From positions 390,001-422,000 of the forward strand of contig CP010514.1 of NCBI GenBank assembly GCA_001552015.1: a stretch of 32,000 nt of DNA, in the 5' to 3' direction. Positions 1-9,239 of this stretch are shown here, one piece after another. The notes under the pieces are model-generated. The model made no database searches. It was given only the letters and a program-made list of their open reading frames with translations, and had not been told where the DNA came from. The DNA is from Candidatus Nanopusillus acidilobi (lineage in GTDB: Archaea > Nanobdellota > Nanobdellia > Nanobdellales > Nanobdellaceae). The position numbers were made by a program, and so were the translations under genes. Position 1 is the first letter of the stretch. Each line of letters opens with the position of its first letter.

Positions 1-1
1 A

Positions 2-235
2 GAAAAAATATTAAATGGTGCAGATGTATTTAGACCTGGAATAATTGAATTTTCAGATTTCAAAAAAGATGAAATAATATTAGTAATATCTGAGGATAAT
101 AAATTATTAGCAATTGGAAGAGCATTATATGATAGCAATGATGCTATTAAAATGAAAAAAGGAAAAATAGTAGAAAATATACATTATTATGGAGATAAAA
201 TAACAAAATATTATTTAAATAAAATTAAAAATTGA
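2..235 (+). CDS. C-terminal end of a PUA-domain protein (5' truncated by window edge)
   Basis: Frame 2 reads EKILNGADVFRPGIIEFSDFKKDEIILVISEDNKLLAIGRALYDSNDAIKMKKGKIVENIHYYGDKITKYYLNKIKN*, with the PUA-like GADVxRPGI and LAIGRA pattern; stop TGA at 233-235. Confidence 0.7.
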   Translation, partial: EKILNGADVFRPGIIEFSDFKKDEIILVISEDNKLLAIGRALYDSNDAIKMKKGKIVENIHYYGDKITKYYLNKIKN

Positions 236-1360
236 TTTTTGTTTTAATAAATTACTATATTTTCTTAATTTATATACTGAAACATTATATTTATTCATAA
301 ATTTATTATTTAGATATTGAATTAGTTCATTATAATCATCAAATTTTTCTATCAAATTATTTAACATATACTTTGTTCCTTCTCTAACAACCCAAACACC
401 TAGAGGAACTTTATATTCTTTTGTTACAAATCTAAATACAACTAAATTTCCAATCATTTTATAATTTCTCATAAATTCTGCAAAAGATAATTTTAAAGCA
501 CTATAACCTCCTGATTCATCATCTCTGCCAATTATACTATATTTGAAATTCAAATTATATGCAGAACCTGGTATTAATGTTTCAATCAATTCACAATTTC
601 CATTACCTGGGAAAAATACTCCATAAAAATCATTTCCATATAAAGAATAATAGAATAAGTAATATTTATCATTAATTTTAGAATAATCCTTTATTTCTTC
701 CTTTATTTTTTTCTCTAGAATTTCATGAACTGCAGTTATTGCCCATTTACTTGGAACTAATTTTTTATTTATCTTATATCCAAAGAATCCCATTGAAAAT
801 AATCTTGATAAATAATAATCAGACATCCCAGATTTATATAAATAATATATAGAATCTTCTGCCTTCATTTCTTCTATTTTATATATCTCATTTGGTATTT
901 TTGGATTTTCATTTATCTTTATTTTATCTATTATACCAGAATATCCATATAAACCTATTATCTTTGAAATTTTCATATTTTCACTTATTTTATTTAGATG
1001 TATTTCTAAATTTATTGATTTAACTGACAACATTGAATCTAAAATTTCATTATATAATCTATCATTTTTTCTTGGTAAATTCGCATCTACAATCTTCTTT
1101 GCATTTATTAAACTTATTCTACTCTTTATAATTTCTTCAACATCTATATTATTTTTTGCCCAATATATAGGATTATCATATAATTCTATATTTTCATTAT
1201 AAGATGTTAAAACACCTAAAGACAATTTGGGATAGTTAATTGAACTGATTAAATTTGATGGAGGAGTATATCCATTTATCTCCTTTTTTAATATTATAGA
1301 TTTTCCATATAATTTCTTATATTTTTCTGCAAGTTTTTTTGCATTTACGACATCTATCAT
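215..1360 (-). CDS. nreA: NreA-like archaeal DNA repair protein (DUF650/DUF651 family)
   Basis: Motifs TPPSNLISSINYPKLSLGVL and LGVWVVREGTKYML resemble the Nre family; C-terminal QKSIFNFI resembles a PCNA-interacting peptide. Confidence 0.75.
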   Translation of the reverse strand: MIDVVNAKKLAEKYKKLYGKSIILKKEINGYTPPSNLISSINYPKLSLGVLTSYNENIELYDNPIYWAKNNIDVEEIIKSRISLINAKKIVDANLPRKNDRLYNEILDSMLSVKSINLEIHLNKISENMKISKIIGLYGYSGIIDKIKINENPKIPNEIYKIEEMKAEDSIYYLYKSGMSDYYLSRLFSMGFFGYKINKKLVPSKWAITAVHEILEKKIKEEIKDYSKINDKYYLFYYSLYGNDFYGVFFPGNGNCELIETLIPGSAYNLNFKYSIIGRDDESGGYSALKLSFAEFMRNYKMIGNLVVFRFVTKEYKVPLGVWVVREGTKYMLNNLIEKFDDYNELIQYLNNKFMNKYNVSVYKLRKYSNLLKQKSIFNFI

Positions 1361-1391
1361 TAGATTTTTATTTATTTTTTAAATTATAAGT

Positions 1392-2072
1392 TTGATGGAT
1401 ATAATAAATATACCGACAAAGTATAAATTAAAAGAAATTAAAAATTTAGATGAATTAAAAAAATATTTACCAAAAAAATTTGCTTTGGTATCTTTAACAC
1501 AATATTCTGAATATACTAAAAAAATATATGAAATATTAAAAGAAAATTATGAAATAATATTAAAGGAAGGATTATATGGTATAAATGTTTTGGGATGCTA
1601 TTCAGAACCTGCAAATATAGAAGAAGTAGATACAGTACTATTAATTGGAAATGGAAAATTTCATGCAGAAAATATTATAAGAAAATTAAAGAAAAAGGTA
1701 ATTGTTTATGATCCAATATATGGAGAAATAAAAGTTTATGAACCAGATTATAATTTTGATAAAATTTTAGAATTTCTATTGAATAAATTAAAGAATTCAA
1801 AGAATATTGGAATAATATTATCAATAAAGCCTGGACAATATTATTATGAAGAAACATTAAAGATTAAAGATAAATTAGAAAAATCTGGAAAAAAAGTATA
1901 CTTATTTATTGGAGATACAATAGATATTTTACAATTATTAAATTTTCCATATATAGATTTCTGGATTTTCTCTGCATGTCCAAGATTGATTGATGATATA
2001 ATAGATAATAATATAAACGGACTAACAATTGACATTATAATAAAAAATTTAGACAAAGTAATTAATATTTAA
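1392..2072 (+). CDS. dph2: Diphthamide biosynthesis Dph2-like protein, C-terminal two domains only
   Basis: VLGC, VLLIGNGKFHAE, GIILSIKPGQ and DFWIFSACPRLIDD match Dph1/Dph2 domains 2-3. 226 aa versus about 340 aa for typical archaeal Dph2; no domain 1 cysteine region. Confidence 0.75.
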   Translation: MMDIINIPTKYKLKEIKNLDELKKYLPKKFALVSLTQYSEYTKKIYEILKENYEIILKEGLYGINVLGCYSEPANIEEVDTVLLIGNGKFHAENIIRKLKKKVIVYDPIYGEIKVYEPDYNFDKILEFLLNKLKNSKNIGIILSIKPGQYYYEETLKIKDKLEKSGKKVYLFIGDTIDILQLLNFPYIDFWIFSACPRLIDDIIDNNINGLTIDIIIKNLDKVINI

Positions 2073-4058
2073 TATTCCCTGAACAAACATATATAATGCT
2101 ATTGTAGATAAAGTAGAAAATATGAAGAATATTAATATATTAACTATATAATATTTATACAAATAATAATAAAAACTCAATTTATCTCCACTATTTTCTA
2201 TACTATTAATTGCATATACAATTACAAAGGCTATTGCTACATTAAATATTCCAATTATAAGTATCATTGAAGCAGGTGATACGAGAGAATTTAAATTAAA
2301 TATATTAAATATAATTCCAGGTAATGTGCTTATATATTGAGAAACACCAGAATTGGATAATTCTAAATTAGATATTTGGTTAAATTGAAAAGATAATTTG
2401 TATAAAATTTCTATAATCATCACACTAACTGCACTTATTATTCCTAAAATAATTGGAGCTAAAATTCTTAATAGAGATTTTAATTGAGATAAATCTTCTG
2501 CTACAAGGTCTTTAATCCTCTCTTTTACTTTTGATATTAATAAAAAATATCTTGCAACCATACCTGTTATAATAGAAGCTTCTGTAGGAGATTGACTACT
2601 AGCTTCATATAACAATTCCATCGTAGCTCTCAATTGAGATGATGGAATTCTAGATAAAGCTCCATACCTAATATCAAATATTGAATCATAAAATGATAAA
2701 CCTGCTCTCAAATTTTGATATATTTTTGATATAAAATCTCCTATTGGACTACCTTTATATTTAGGATAAACATGTATCATTGCCTTTTCAATTGGATAAC
2801 CTTCATTTAATGCTGAACTTAAAGATAATAAAAATGATGGTAAATCTGTTTCTATTCTTTCTAAATTCTTATATAAATCCTTATAATTAAAATAATATAC
2901 AAAAGAAATTAATGAAACAGATAAACCTATTAAAAATACTAAAAATTCTGATAATAATATTCCTGAAACATCAAATTTATATAAATATTGATATATTACA
3001 AAAAAGATTATGAAAAATAACAATATACTTACTGAAAGTCCACTAATTATTGATATTAATTTATTTGTTAAATCTTTTTTCTTTAAATAATAGAATAAAT
3101 ATATATCATCATTTGAAAAAACACCAATCATTTTTGAAGAAATTGCATAATTAACTATATAAAATGCCATAAATGGTACTAAAATATCAAATAATATAAA
3201 TAAAACAAATGGACTAAATATACTTCCTAAAAATATTGATGCAAGGGGAAATATTGTTAATAACATAACTGGTAAAGTTATACCTAACATAGATACTAGG
3301 TTTATTGTAGATCTTATTTCCCTAGAAAATTCATATAGTTCATTTACTAATTCATCTAAAGCCTCTTCTATAGCTTTATCTATTTGAAAATTCCTCCTAT
3401 CCTTATCAGGATCATATAGAGCACTTAAAATAAGCATAACACCAATATAAAATGATTTTGAACTTTTTTCCCAAGATCTTGAATATTCTACTAAAGCTTC
3501 TGATGCAGAAACATATTTTCTATTATATATATCTCTTAACAACCTTAATAAATCTATTTTTAATGGTAAGTTAATATTTTTTGCAGCAAATAACATTGCT
3601 TGTTCTACATTTGGATTTTGCCTTAATTTAATAGCTAATAATAGTAATAGATTTATTAATTGAGATTTTTTCTTTGCATTCAGATTACTATACAAAACAA
3701 TATAATAATAATCAATCACTATATAAGATAATAAACCAAGAGAAATAAACAATAGGAAGTATAAAGGAGATATTATTATTGAAGGTATTATTCCTATAAA
3801 GATAAATAATATTAGAAAAAATATTGACGATGATTCTATTTGATCAATATTTACATCTAAAAGAAGTTCTTCATTTATTTTTTCAAAATTTTTTCTTTTA
3901 TTTTCATTTACTTTAATCTTTATTATATTTCCAAATGCTTTAACAATTTTTTCATAATATTTTATTTTATTACCGAAATAGAAATATTTGTATAATTTTA
4001 ATTTGCTTTCTAAATTTTGAATATCTAATCCATTTAACTCAATTTCTGATATATCCAT
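2049..4058 (-). CDS. Type II secretion/archaeal pilus-archaellum assembly membrane protein (GspF/TadC/FlaJ-like)
   Basis: Multiple hydrophobic segments, duplicated FlaJ-like cytoplasmic domains (e.g. LSSALNEGYPIEKAMIHVYPKYKGSPIGDF), overlap with upstream GspE/FlaI-like ATPase gene. Confidence 0.8.
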   Translation of the reverse strand: MDISEIELNGLDIQNLESKLKLYKYFYFGNKIKYYEKIVKAFGNIIKIKVNENKRKNFEKINEELLLDVNIDQIESSSIFFLILFIFIGIIPSIIISPLYFLLFISLGLLSYIVIDYYYIVLYSNLNAKKKSQLINLLLLLAIKLRQNPNVEQAMLFAAKNINLPLKIDLLRLLRDIYNRKYVSASEALVEYSRSWEKSSKSFYIGVMLILSALYDPDKDRRNFQIDKAIEEALDELVNELYEFSREIRSTINLVSMLGITLPVMLLTIFPLASIFLGSIFSPFVLFILFDILVPFMAFYIVNYAISSKMIGVFSNDDIYLFYYLKKKDLTNKLISIISGLSVSILLFFIIFFVIYQYLYKFDVSGILLSEFLVFLIGLSVSLISFVYYFNYKDLYKNLERIETDLPSFLLSLSSALNEGYPIEKAMIHVYPKYKGSPIGDFISKIYQNLRAGLSFYDSIFDIRYGALSRIPSSQLRATMELLYEASSQSPTEASIITGMVARYFLLISKVKERIKDLVAEDLSQLKSLLRILAPIILGIISAVSVMIIEILYKLSFQFNQISNLELSNSGVSQYISTLPGIIFNIFNLNSLVSPASMILIIGIFNVAIAFVIVYAINSIENSGDKLSFYYYLYKYYIVNILIFFIFSTLSTIALYMFVQGILNINYFV

Positions 4059-6277
4059 TTCTTCATATTATCTAGTATATAATCCTTTACAATTTCATTA
4101 TATTCTTTAATACTTTTATCTACATATTGATAAAACACTTCATTATATGTAGAAACAAAATCTGCTTCCAAAATATCTTTTCTATTTTTTTCTCTTGCTA
4201 TATCTACTAGCAATTTTTTTGATAAACCTATTGTCTCTATCATATTCCATACTCTTTCCCAAGATTTTGACAAATATCTTATCCTAGATGCAATAGCCTT
4301 TAGTACATCAGAATCTCCGTTTATTAACTCTAATGTTGGTTCTAAATTGTCTTTTTCTGCATCATAAATCATCAAATCAACAAATCCCTTTTCTTTCAAT
4401 GGATCCTGTTCCCATAATTTTCTTACTTCAGTTATCCTTAATACCCTTCTATATTTTTTTAATCCCGAAGGTTCTTTAATTGGATTAGTAATTACTATTA
4501 TATCTGTAGCTTTAAATGATGTTTTAGGAACTCCTAGATCATTTACAACTCTATCGTATACACCATAAGGACTTTCTGCATGTAAAGTACCCATTACAGC
4601 ATTTGCTACAGCACCAACCCTCATAGCTTCATATAATGTTAAAGCTTCCTTAGATCTAACTTCTCCAACAATTATAGCACTATCCCCCATTCTTAAAGAT
4701 GCTCTCAATCCCTCTTCAGCAGATAATTCAGCAGATTTTAATGAAAATGGACTCCTAACTTTCATAGGAACTATATTATATCCTACTGATCTAAAAAATT
4801 CTGCTGGTATTTCTAAAGTATCCTCTACAGTTATTATCCTAACTTTCTTAGGTATTTCTAACATTAAGGCTGTTAATAATGATGTCTTACCACTTCCTCT
4901 TGTACCAGCAATTAAAATTGTCCTTCCATTTGCAACTAAAAAAGATAATAAACCTGCAGCCTGATAATTTAGCATTTTATTATCTATAAATAAAGGTAAA
5001 GTCCATGGTTTACTTCTATGTCTTCTAATTATATATGATAATCCAAAAGGAGATAAAGGAGGTGATAATGCTGCAACTCTTAATAATATATTATTTCCAA
5101 TTACTAAATCTGTATCTAAAACAGGATTTGCTTCATCAAATGGTCTTCCAGATATTAATCTTAATTTTGTAGCCCAGGATTCTACTTCTCTCCTAGTTGG
5201 AGTTACATTTGTAACGCACATTTCATATTTAGAATGCTGTAAATATATTGGAGTTATGCCTGCTGGCGGATTTATATAGAGATCTTCTAAATTTTCATCT
5301 AATACTATTTTTTCTATTATTCCAAATCCAATTGTATATCTAATAATTATACTCTTAATTAATTCCAATCTATTTTTATCTATATTTATATTATATATAG
5401 ACATTAATTTTGCTATTATATTATTTAGTATATTATTATATATTTCTCTTAATCTTTCTACATCTAAATAATCTTCCTTCTTAGGTTCGTATTCTTGTAA
5501 AATTTCTATTGCTTTATGAGATAAAAATGTTTCTTCAGAGAATATTTTATATTCTTCAGGAAATATATAATATCTGAAAATTGTTTCTTCAGGATTTTTT
5601 AATACAAAAACTTCTGTATTTTTATCCAATCTATAAGAATCTATAATATTATAACTTTCTGAAATTTTATTTATATATTTTGTATCTATAAATTTTGGTT
5701 TTATATCCCCCAATAATAATCTTCTATATATTTCTCTATTTCCAATTTGATATCCAATTAAAAATGGTTTAATATATTTATATAAAGGTAATGATTCAAA
5801 TTTTATTAGAAAATTGTCTATTAATGATATTAAATTTGATATTTGGTTTTCTAAATCTTTATTATTTTTTAATAATGACATTAATTTTCTTTTCATTCTT
5901 CTTATAAATATATATGTACCAATTGGATCCTTCAAATATCTCTTATCCAAATAATCTATTATTGTCTTTATTTCTGAATATAGTGGATTTCCAGTTAATA
6001 AATATCTATAATATTCTGATATATTATTTTTAATAGAAAGATATGCATCAAGAAAACTATTCAATATTTTTATACTATCTTCATAATATTCTATATTTTC
6101 ATCCTGCTCAATTATTATTGTATTTACAAATGGATCTATAGACAATATATTTAATATATATTCCATTATATTTGGATCATCTTCAATTGTGGCAATATTA
6201 CTATAATTTTTAGCATTTACATATAATACTCTTTCTTTTCCATTCATTTTAATTTCATATTGCAAATTATTTAGCAT
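4034..6277 (-). CDS. GspE/FlaI/TadA-family secretion or pilus assembly ATPase with long N-terminal extension
   Basis: Walker A GTRGSGKTSLL, VEDTLEIP, SAIIVGEVRSKEALTLYEAMRVG, GTLHAESPYGVYDRV. A start at the internal Met (MNGKERV, about 6247) is also possible. Confidence 0.88.
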   Translation of the reverse strand: MLNNLQYEIKMNGKERVLYVNAKNYSNIATIEDDPNIMEYILNILSIDPFVNTIIIEQDENIEYYEDSIKILNSFLDAYLSIKNNISEYYRYLLTGNPLYSEIKTIIDYLDKRYLKDPIGTYIFIRRMKRKLMSLLKNNKDLENQISNLISLIDNFLIKFESLPLYKYIKPFLIGYQIGNREIYRRLLLGDIKPKFIDTKYINKISESYNIIDSYRLDKNTEVFVLKNPEETIFRYYIFPEEYKIFSEETFLSHKAIEILQEYEPKKEDYLDVERLREIYNNILNNIIAKLMSIYNINIDKNRLELIKSIIIRYTIGFGIIEKIVLDENLEDLYINPPAGITPIYLQHSKYEMCVTNVTPTRREVESWATKLRLISGRPFDEANPVLDTDLVIGNNILLRVAALSPPLSPFGLSYIIRRHRSKPWTLPLFIDNKMLNYQAAGLLSFLVANGRTILIAGTRGSGKTSLLTALMLEIPKKVRIITVEDTLEIPAEFFRSVGYNIVPMKVRSPFSLKSAELSAEEGLRASLRMGDSAIIVGEVRSKEALTLYEAMRVGAVANAVMGTLHAESPYGVYDRVVNDLGVPKTSFKATDIIVITNPIKEPSGLKKYRRVLRITEVRKLWEQDPLKEKGFVDLMIYDAEKDNLEPTLELINGDSDVLKAIASRIRYLSKSWERVWNMIETIGLSKKLLVDIAREKNRKDILEADFVSTYNEVFYQYVDKSIKEYNEIVKDYILDNMKKWIYQKLS

Positions 6278-6315
6278 ATAAAGATTAATATATATTAAAA
6301 TATAATAGTTTTACT

Positions 6316-6678
6316 ATGAATGATCCAGAGACACTTAGAAGATTAAAATATTTAGAAGAGAAAATTTCAATGTTCAACAATATATTACAAACTATGGATG
6401 TAACTACTAGGACTTCTTTAGATGATTTTAAATTAGAAATCGAAAATATTAAGAAGGAAATAAACGACATAAAACAAGAAATAAATGACATAGAAATAAA
6501 AATAAAAGCAATAATGGATGAATTATCAAATTTTGCTACTATAGACCAATTAAAAATTATAAATTCTATTTTAGATTACATAAATCCATTTGATTTTGTT
6601 ACCAAGAAAGAATTAGATAAATTAGTAAAAGAAAAAATTATGGAATATTTTGATAACTTATATAATCAGAAGAGTTAA
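6316..6678 (+). CDS. Small coiled-coil protein (possible ArlC/D/E-like accessory protein)
   Basis: Heptad-rich IENIKKEINDIKQEINDIEIKIKAIMDEL; start 39 bp from the divergent ATPase ORF start. Confidence 0.6.
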   Translation: MNDPETLRRLKYLEEKISMFNNILQTMDVTTRTSLDDFKLEIENIKKEINDIKQEINDIEIKIKAIMDELSNFATIDQLKIINSILDYINPFDFVTKKELDKLVKEKIMEYFDNLYNQKS

Positions 6679-6710
6679 ATTTATAATATTCAATATTTTT
6701 ATTAAGAATT

Positions 6711-7406
6711 ATGAGAAGCTTACTTGGTATATTTAGTAAAAAAAGCAATAAAAATCAGAATCAACAACAGGATTTAGATAACTTATTTCAGGATTTTAAT
6801 AATCCAATACCACAAAATATTGGACCATTTGATCAATTTCAGCAAAGTAACAATATTAATCCTACAGCAAATAACTATCAGAATTATCCTTTTGGCCAAA
6901 TGAATCAACAGGTTCCATTACAGCAAAATCCTCCAAATCAATTTAGTCAATCCTGGAACTTACCTCCACAACCAAATCCAACCCCAAATCAATTTCCACA
7001 ACAACAAACTCAGAGCCAACCAGAACCTGGACAAGGAAGTTTTGTTATAGATGAAAAGATTGAACAATATATAAACAATACTGTAAATGATATATTAAAA
7101 GATAAAATAGGTGAAATAAATGACGAATTATCACAAATAAAAATATGGAAAGAAAAAGTAGAATATTTAATTAATAAAATGCAGGAACAAATTGATAAAT
7201 TGGATAATAAGATAACTGAAATAAATAATTTAGCAACTAAAAAATTGGAAGAATATGATAAAGGAATGCAGGAGGCAACAACAGAAATACAGGCATTACA
7301 TAGATTGATAAGAACAATGATACCTGCTATATCCGAATCTACAAAAGAATTAAGAGAAACAGTAGAAGAACTAAAGTCTTTAAGAGATTCTATTAGAAAA
7401 CCATAA
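6711..7406 (+). CDS. Q/N/P-rich low-complexity protein with C-terminal coiled coil
   Basis: N-terminal MRSLLGIFSKK, about 85 aa Q/N/P-rich segment, then long heptad-like region EKVEYLINKMQEQIDKLDNKITEINNLATKKLEE. Confidence 0.65.
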   Translation: MRSLLGIFSKKSNKNQNQQQDLDNLFQDFNNPIPQNIGPFDQFQQSNNINPTANNYQNYPFGQMNQQVPLQQNPPNQFSQSWNLPPQPNPTPNQFPQQQTQSQPEPGQGSFVIDEKIEQYINNTVNDILKDKIGEINDELSQIKIWKEKVEYLINKMQEQIDKLDNKITEINNLATKKLEEYDKGMQEATTEIQALHRLIRTMIPAISESTKELRETVEELKSLRDSIRKP

Positions 7407-7433
7407 ATTTTTTAATCTTTTTAATAAATTTTA

Positions 7434-7835
7434 TTGATGGATAAAAAACAAACTATAATAGTAGGATTTATACTATTAATACTATTAGCAGTTGGATTTA
7501 TAGTTGCCCCTCTATTATATCCAATAAATAATAATAACCAAAATTTAAATCAGAATGAATTATATCAGATATCTCAGATTGCTCAATATTGTCAGGCTCT
7601 ATGTATATATGCAAAATATAATTTATCTATAAGTAACTTAAGTAATACATGCCTAGTATCAGAAAATTCTATATTATATCAATCTTGGATATCCTATCCA
7701 GGTGCAGATAATTGGGGATGTGAAGTATCAAATAATAATTTGAATTTATGTAATAATAGTAATTATATAGTATTAGATGACAATTGCTCAATAATTAATA
7801 TATATTATCAAAATAAGCAGTTAAATATAACATGA
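7434..7835 (+). CDS. Single-span membrane-anchored, Cys-rich extracellular protein
   Basis: MMDKKQTIIVGFILLILLAVGFIVAPLLYP anchor followed by an N-rich domain containing six Cys (QYCQALC, NTC, WGC, NLC, DNC). Confidence 0.6.
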   Translation: MMDKKQTIIVGFILLILLAVGFIVAPLLYPINNNNQNLNQNELYQISQIAQYCQALCIYAKYNLSISNLSNTCLVSENSILYQSWISYPGADNWGCEVSNNNLNLCNNSNYIVLDDNCSIINIYYQNKQLNIT

Positions 7836-8557
7836 AGTATATTGATTCCCATTGCCATTTATATAAATTCAATGAAATAGAAAGAAAAAGAATAATAAGA
7901 AATAAAGATATTATAATATTATCAGTATCTGAAGATTTAGAATCATCATTAAAAAATTTGGTTTTATCTCAATTAAATGAAAATGTAATACCAGCTATAG
8001 GAATTCATCCTTGGAATATAGAAAAAGTAAATGAAAACACATTTAAAATAATAGAAGATATAATAAAGGATAATAAAATAAAAATACTTGGAGAAATTGG
8101 ATTAGATAAAAAATTTAAGCCAGAAACATTTGAAAAACAGAAAGAAGTTTTTGAAAAATTCTTAAATTTAGCAAAAGAATATGATTTAAATGTAAATCTT
8201 CATACTCCAAATGCTTCAAAAGATGTGTTTGATCTTTTAATAAAATATGATATTAAAAAGGCATATTTTCATTGGTATAGTGGAGATGAAAAATTATTAG
8301 AAGAAATAATTAATAAGGGATATTTTATAGGGATAAATGTTGCGACAATAGTAAATGAAAAATATAAAAAATATATAGAAATTGCAAATATAAAAAGTAT
8401 AATAACAGAATCTGATGGACCATACAATTATAAAGGTATTATACTTCATCCAGATATGCTAAAAGACCTATATAAACTCATTTCAGATATAAGAAAAATA
8501 AATATAGAAGAACTATCAAATATTATACAAGAAAATTTTGCTAGGTTTATATATTAA
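7832..8557 (+). CDS. tatD: TatD-family metal-dependent DNase
   Basis: DSHCHLY, VIPAIGIHPWNI, KILGEIGLDKK, NLHTPN, ITESDGPY; 4-nt ATGA overlap with upstream gene. Confidence 0.85.
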   Translation: MKYIDSHCHLYKFNEIERKRIIRNKDIIILSVSEDLESSLKNLVLSQLNENVIPAIGIHPWNIEKVNENTFKIIEDIIKDNKIKILGEIGLDKKFKPETFEKQKEVFEKFLNLAKEYDLNVNLHTPNASKDVFDLLIKYDIKKAYFHWYSGDEKLLEEIINKGYFIGINVATIVNEKYKKYIEIANIKSIITESDGPYNYKGIILHPDMLKDLYKLISDIRKINIEELSNIIQENFARFIY

Positions 8558-8654
8558 CATACTGTTAATGCAACTTAACATTAAGTTAATATTTATAAAT
8601 TTTAAGAGAGATATACATTAACGTTATATTAAATATTATTAACATGATGTTAAT
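8553..8654. promoter_or_regulatory. Cluster of short perfect inverted repeats upstream of tfe (putative operator/regulatory region)
   Basis: ATTAACATACTGTTAAT (8553-8569), AACTTAACATTAAGTT (8572-8587), TAACGTTA (8619-8626), ATTAACATGATGTTAAT (8638-8654); TATA-like TTTATAAA at 8592-8599. Confidence 0.5.
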
Positions 8655-8669
8655 CAATAATGTTTATAA

Positions 8670-9209
8670 ATGTCAAAAAACCTTATAGGTATTATGAGCT
8701 ACCTACTTAACGAAAACTATTTAAAAATATTAGAATATATAGCAGATAAAAAGGAATTTACAGAAAGAGAAATAAAGAGACAATTAAAGATAAAGGAAGA
8801 AGAAATTAGGAAATTATTATATATATTGGAAGAAAATAATATAGTATATCCAATAAGCATAATAAATAATAATGGAAAATTTGATTTCAAATGGGGAAAT
8901 AAAGTACCAGATAAAGAAAAATTATTTAGCCTATTAATTAATAAAGAAATTAATAGAATTAATGAAGAAATTAAAAATACTCCAAAAACATTATACTATT
9001 GTACTGAATGTGGAAGTGCATATACCTTCGACGATGCATATGAAAATGATTTCATATGTAAAGAATGCGGATCATTATTAGTTGAAAAGGAAAATTTCAG
9101 AATAATAGAATTAGAAAACATTGTACATAACTTACAATTATTACTAGATAAATATTCTTCAAAAGCTACAAAGAAAGAAAAAGCATCAAAAGCAAGGAGT
9201 AAAAAATAA
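8670..9209 (+). CDS. tfe: Transcription initiation factor E (TFE alpha)
   Basis: N-terminal winged-helix-like region (FTEREIKRQLKIKEEEIRKLLYILEENNIVYPI) plus zinc ribbon YYCTECGSAYTFDDAYENDFICKECGSLL. Confidence 0.85.
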   Translation: MSKNLIGIMSYLLNENYLKILEYIADKKEFTEREIKRQLKIKEEEIRKLLYILEENNIVYPISIINNNGKFDFKWGNKVPDKEKLFSLLINKEINRINEEIKNTPKTLYYCTECGSAYTFDDAYENDFICKECGSLLVEKENFRIIELENIVHNLQLLLDKYSSKATKKEKASKARSKK

Positions 9210-9239
9210 TTTTTTATTTTTTATTTAAATTTATATTTA

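Noticed and set aside
1675-2056. Minus-strand ORFs 1675..1857 and 1844..2056
   Set aside because: They lie antisense within the well-supported dph2 fragment and have no recognisable motifs.
6285-6491. Minus-strand ORF 6285..6491 overlapping the coiled-coil gene
   Set aside because: It is a mirror of coiled-coil codons on the opposite strand; S/F-rich composition typical of an antisense artefact.
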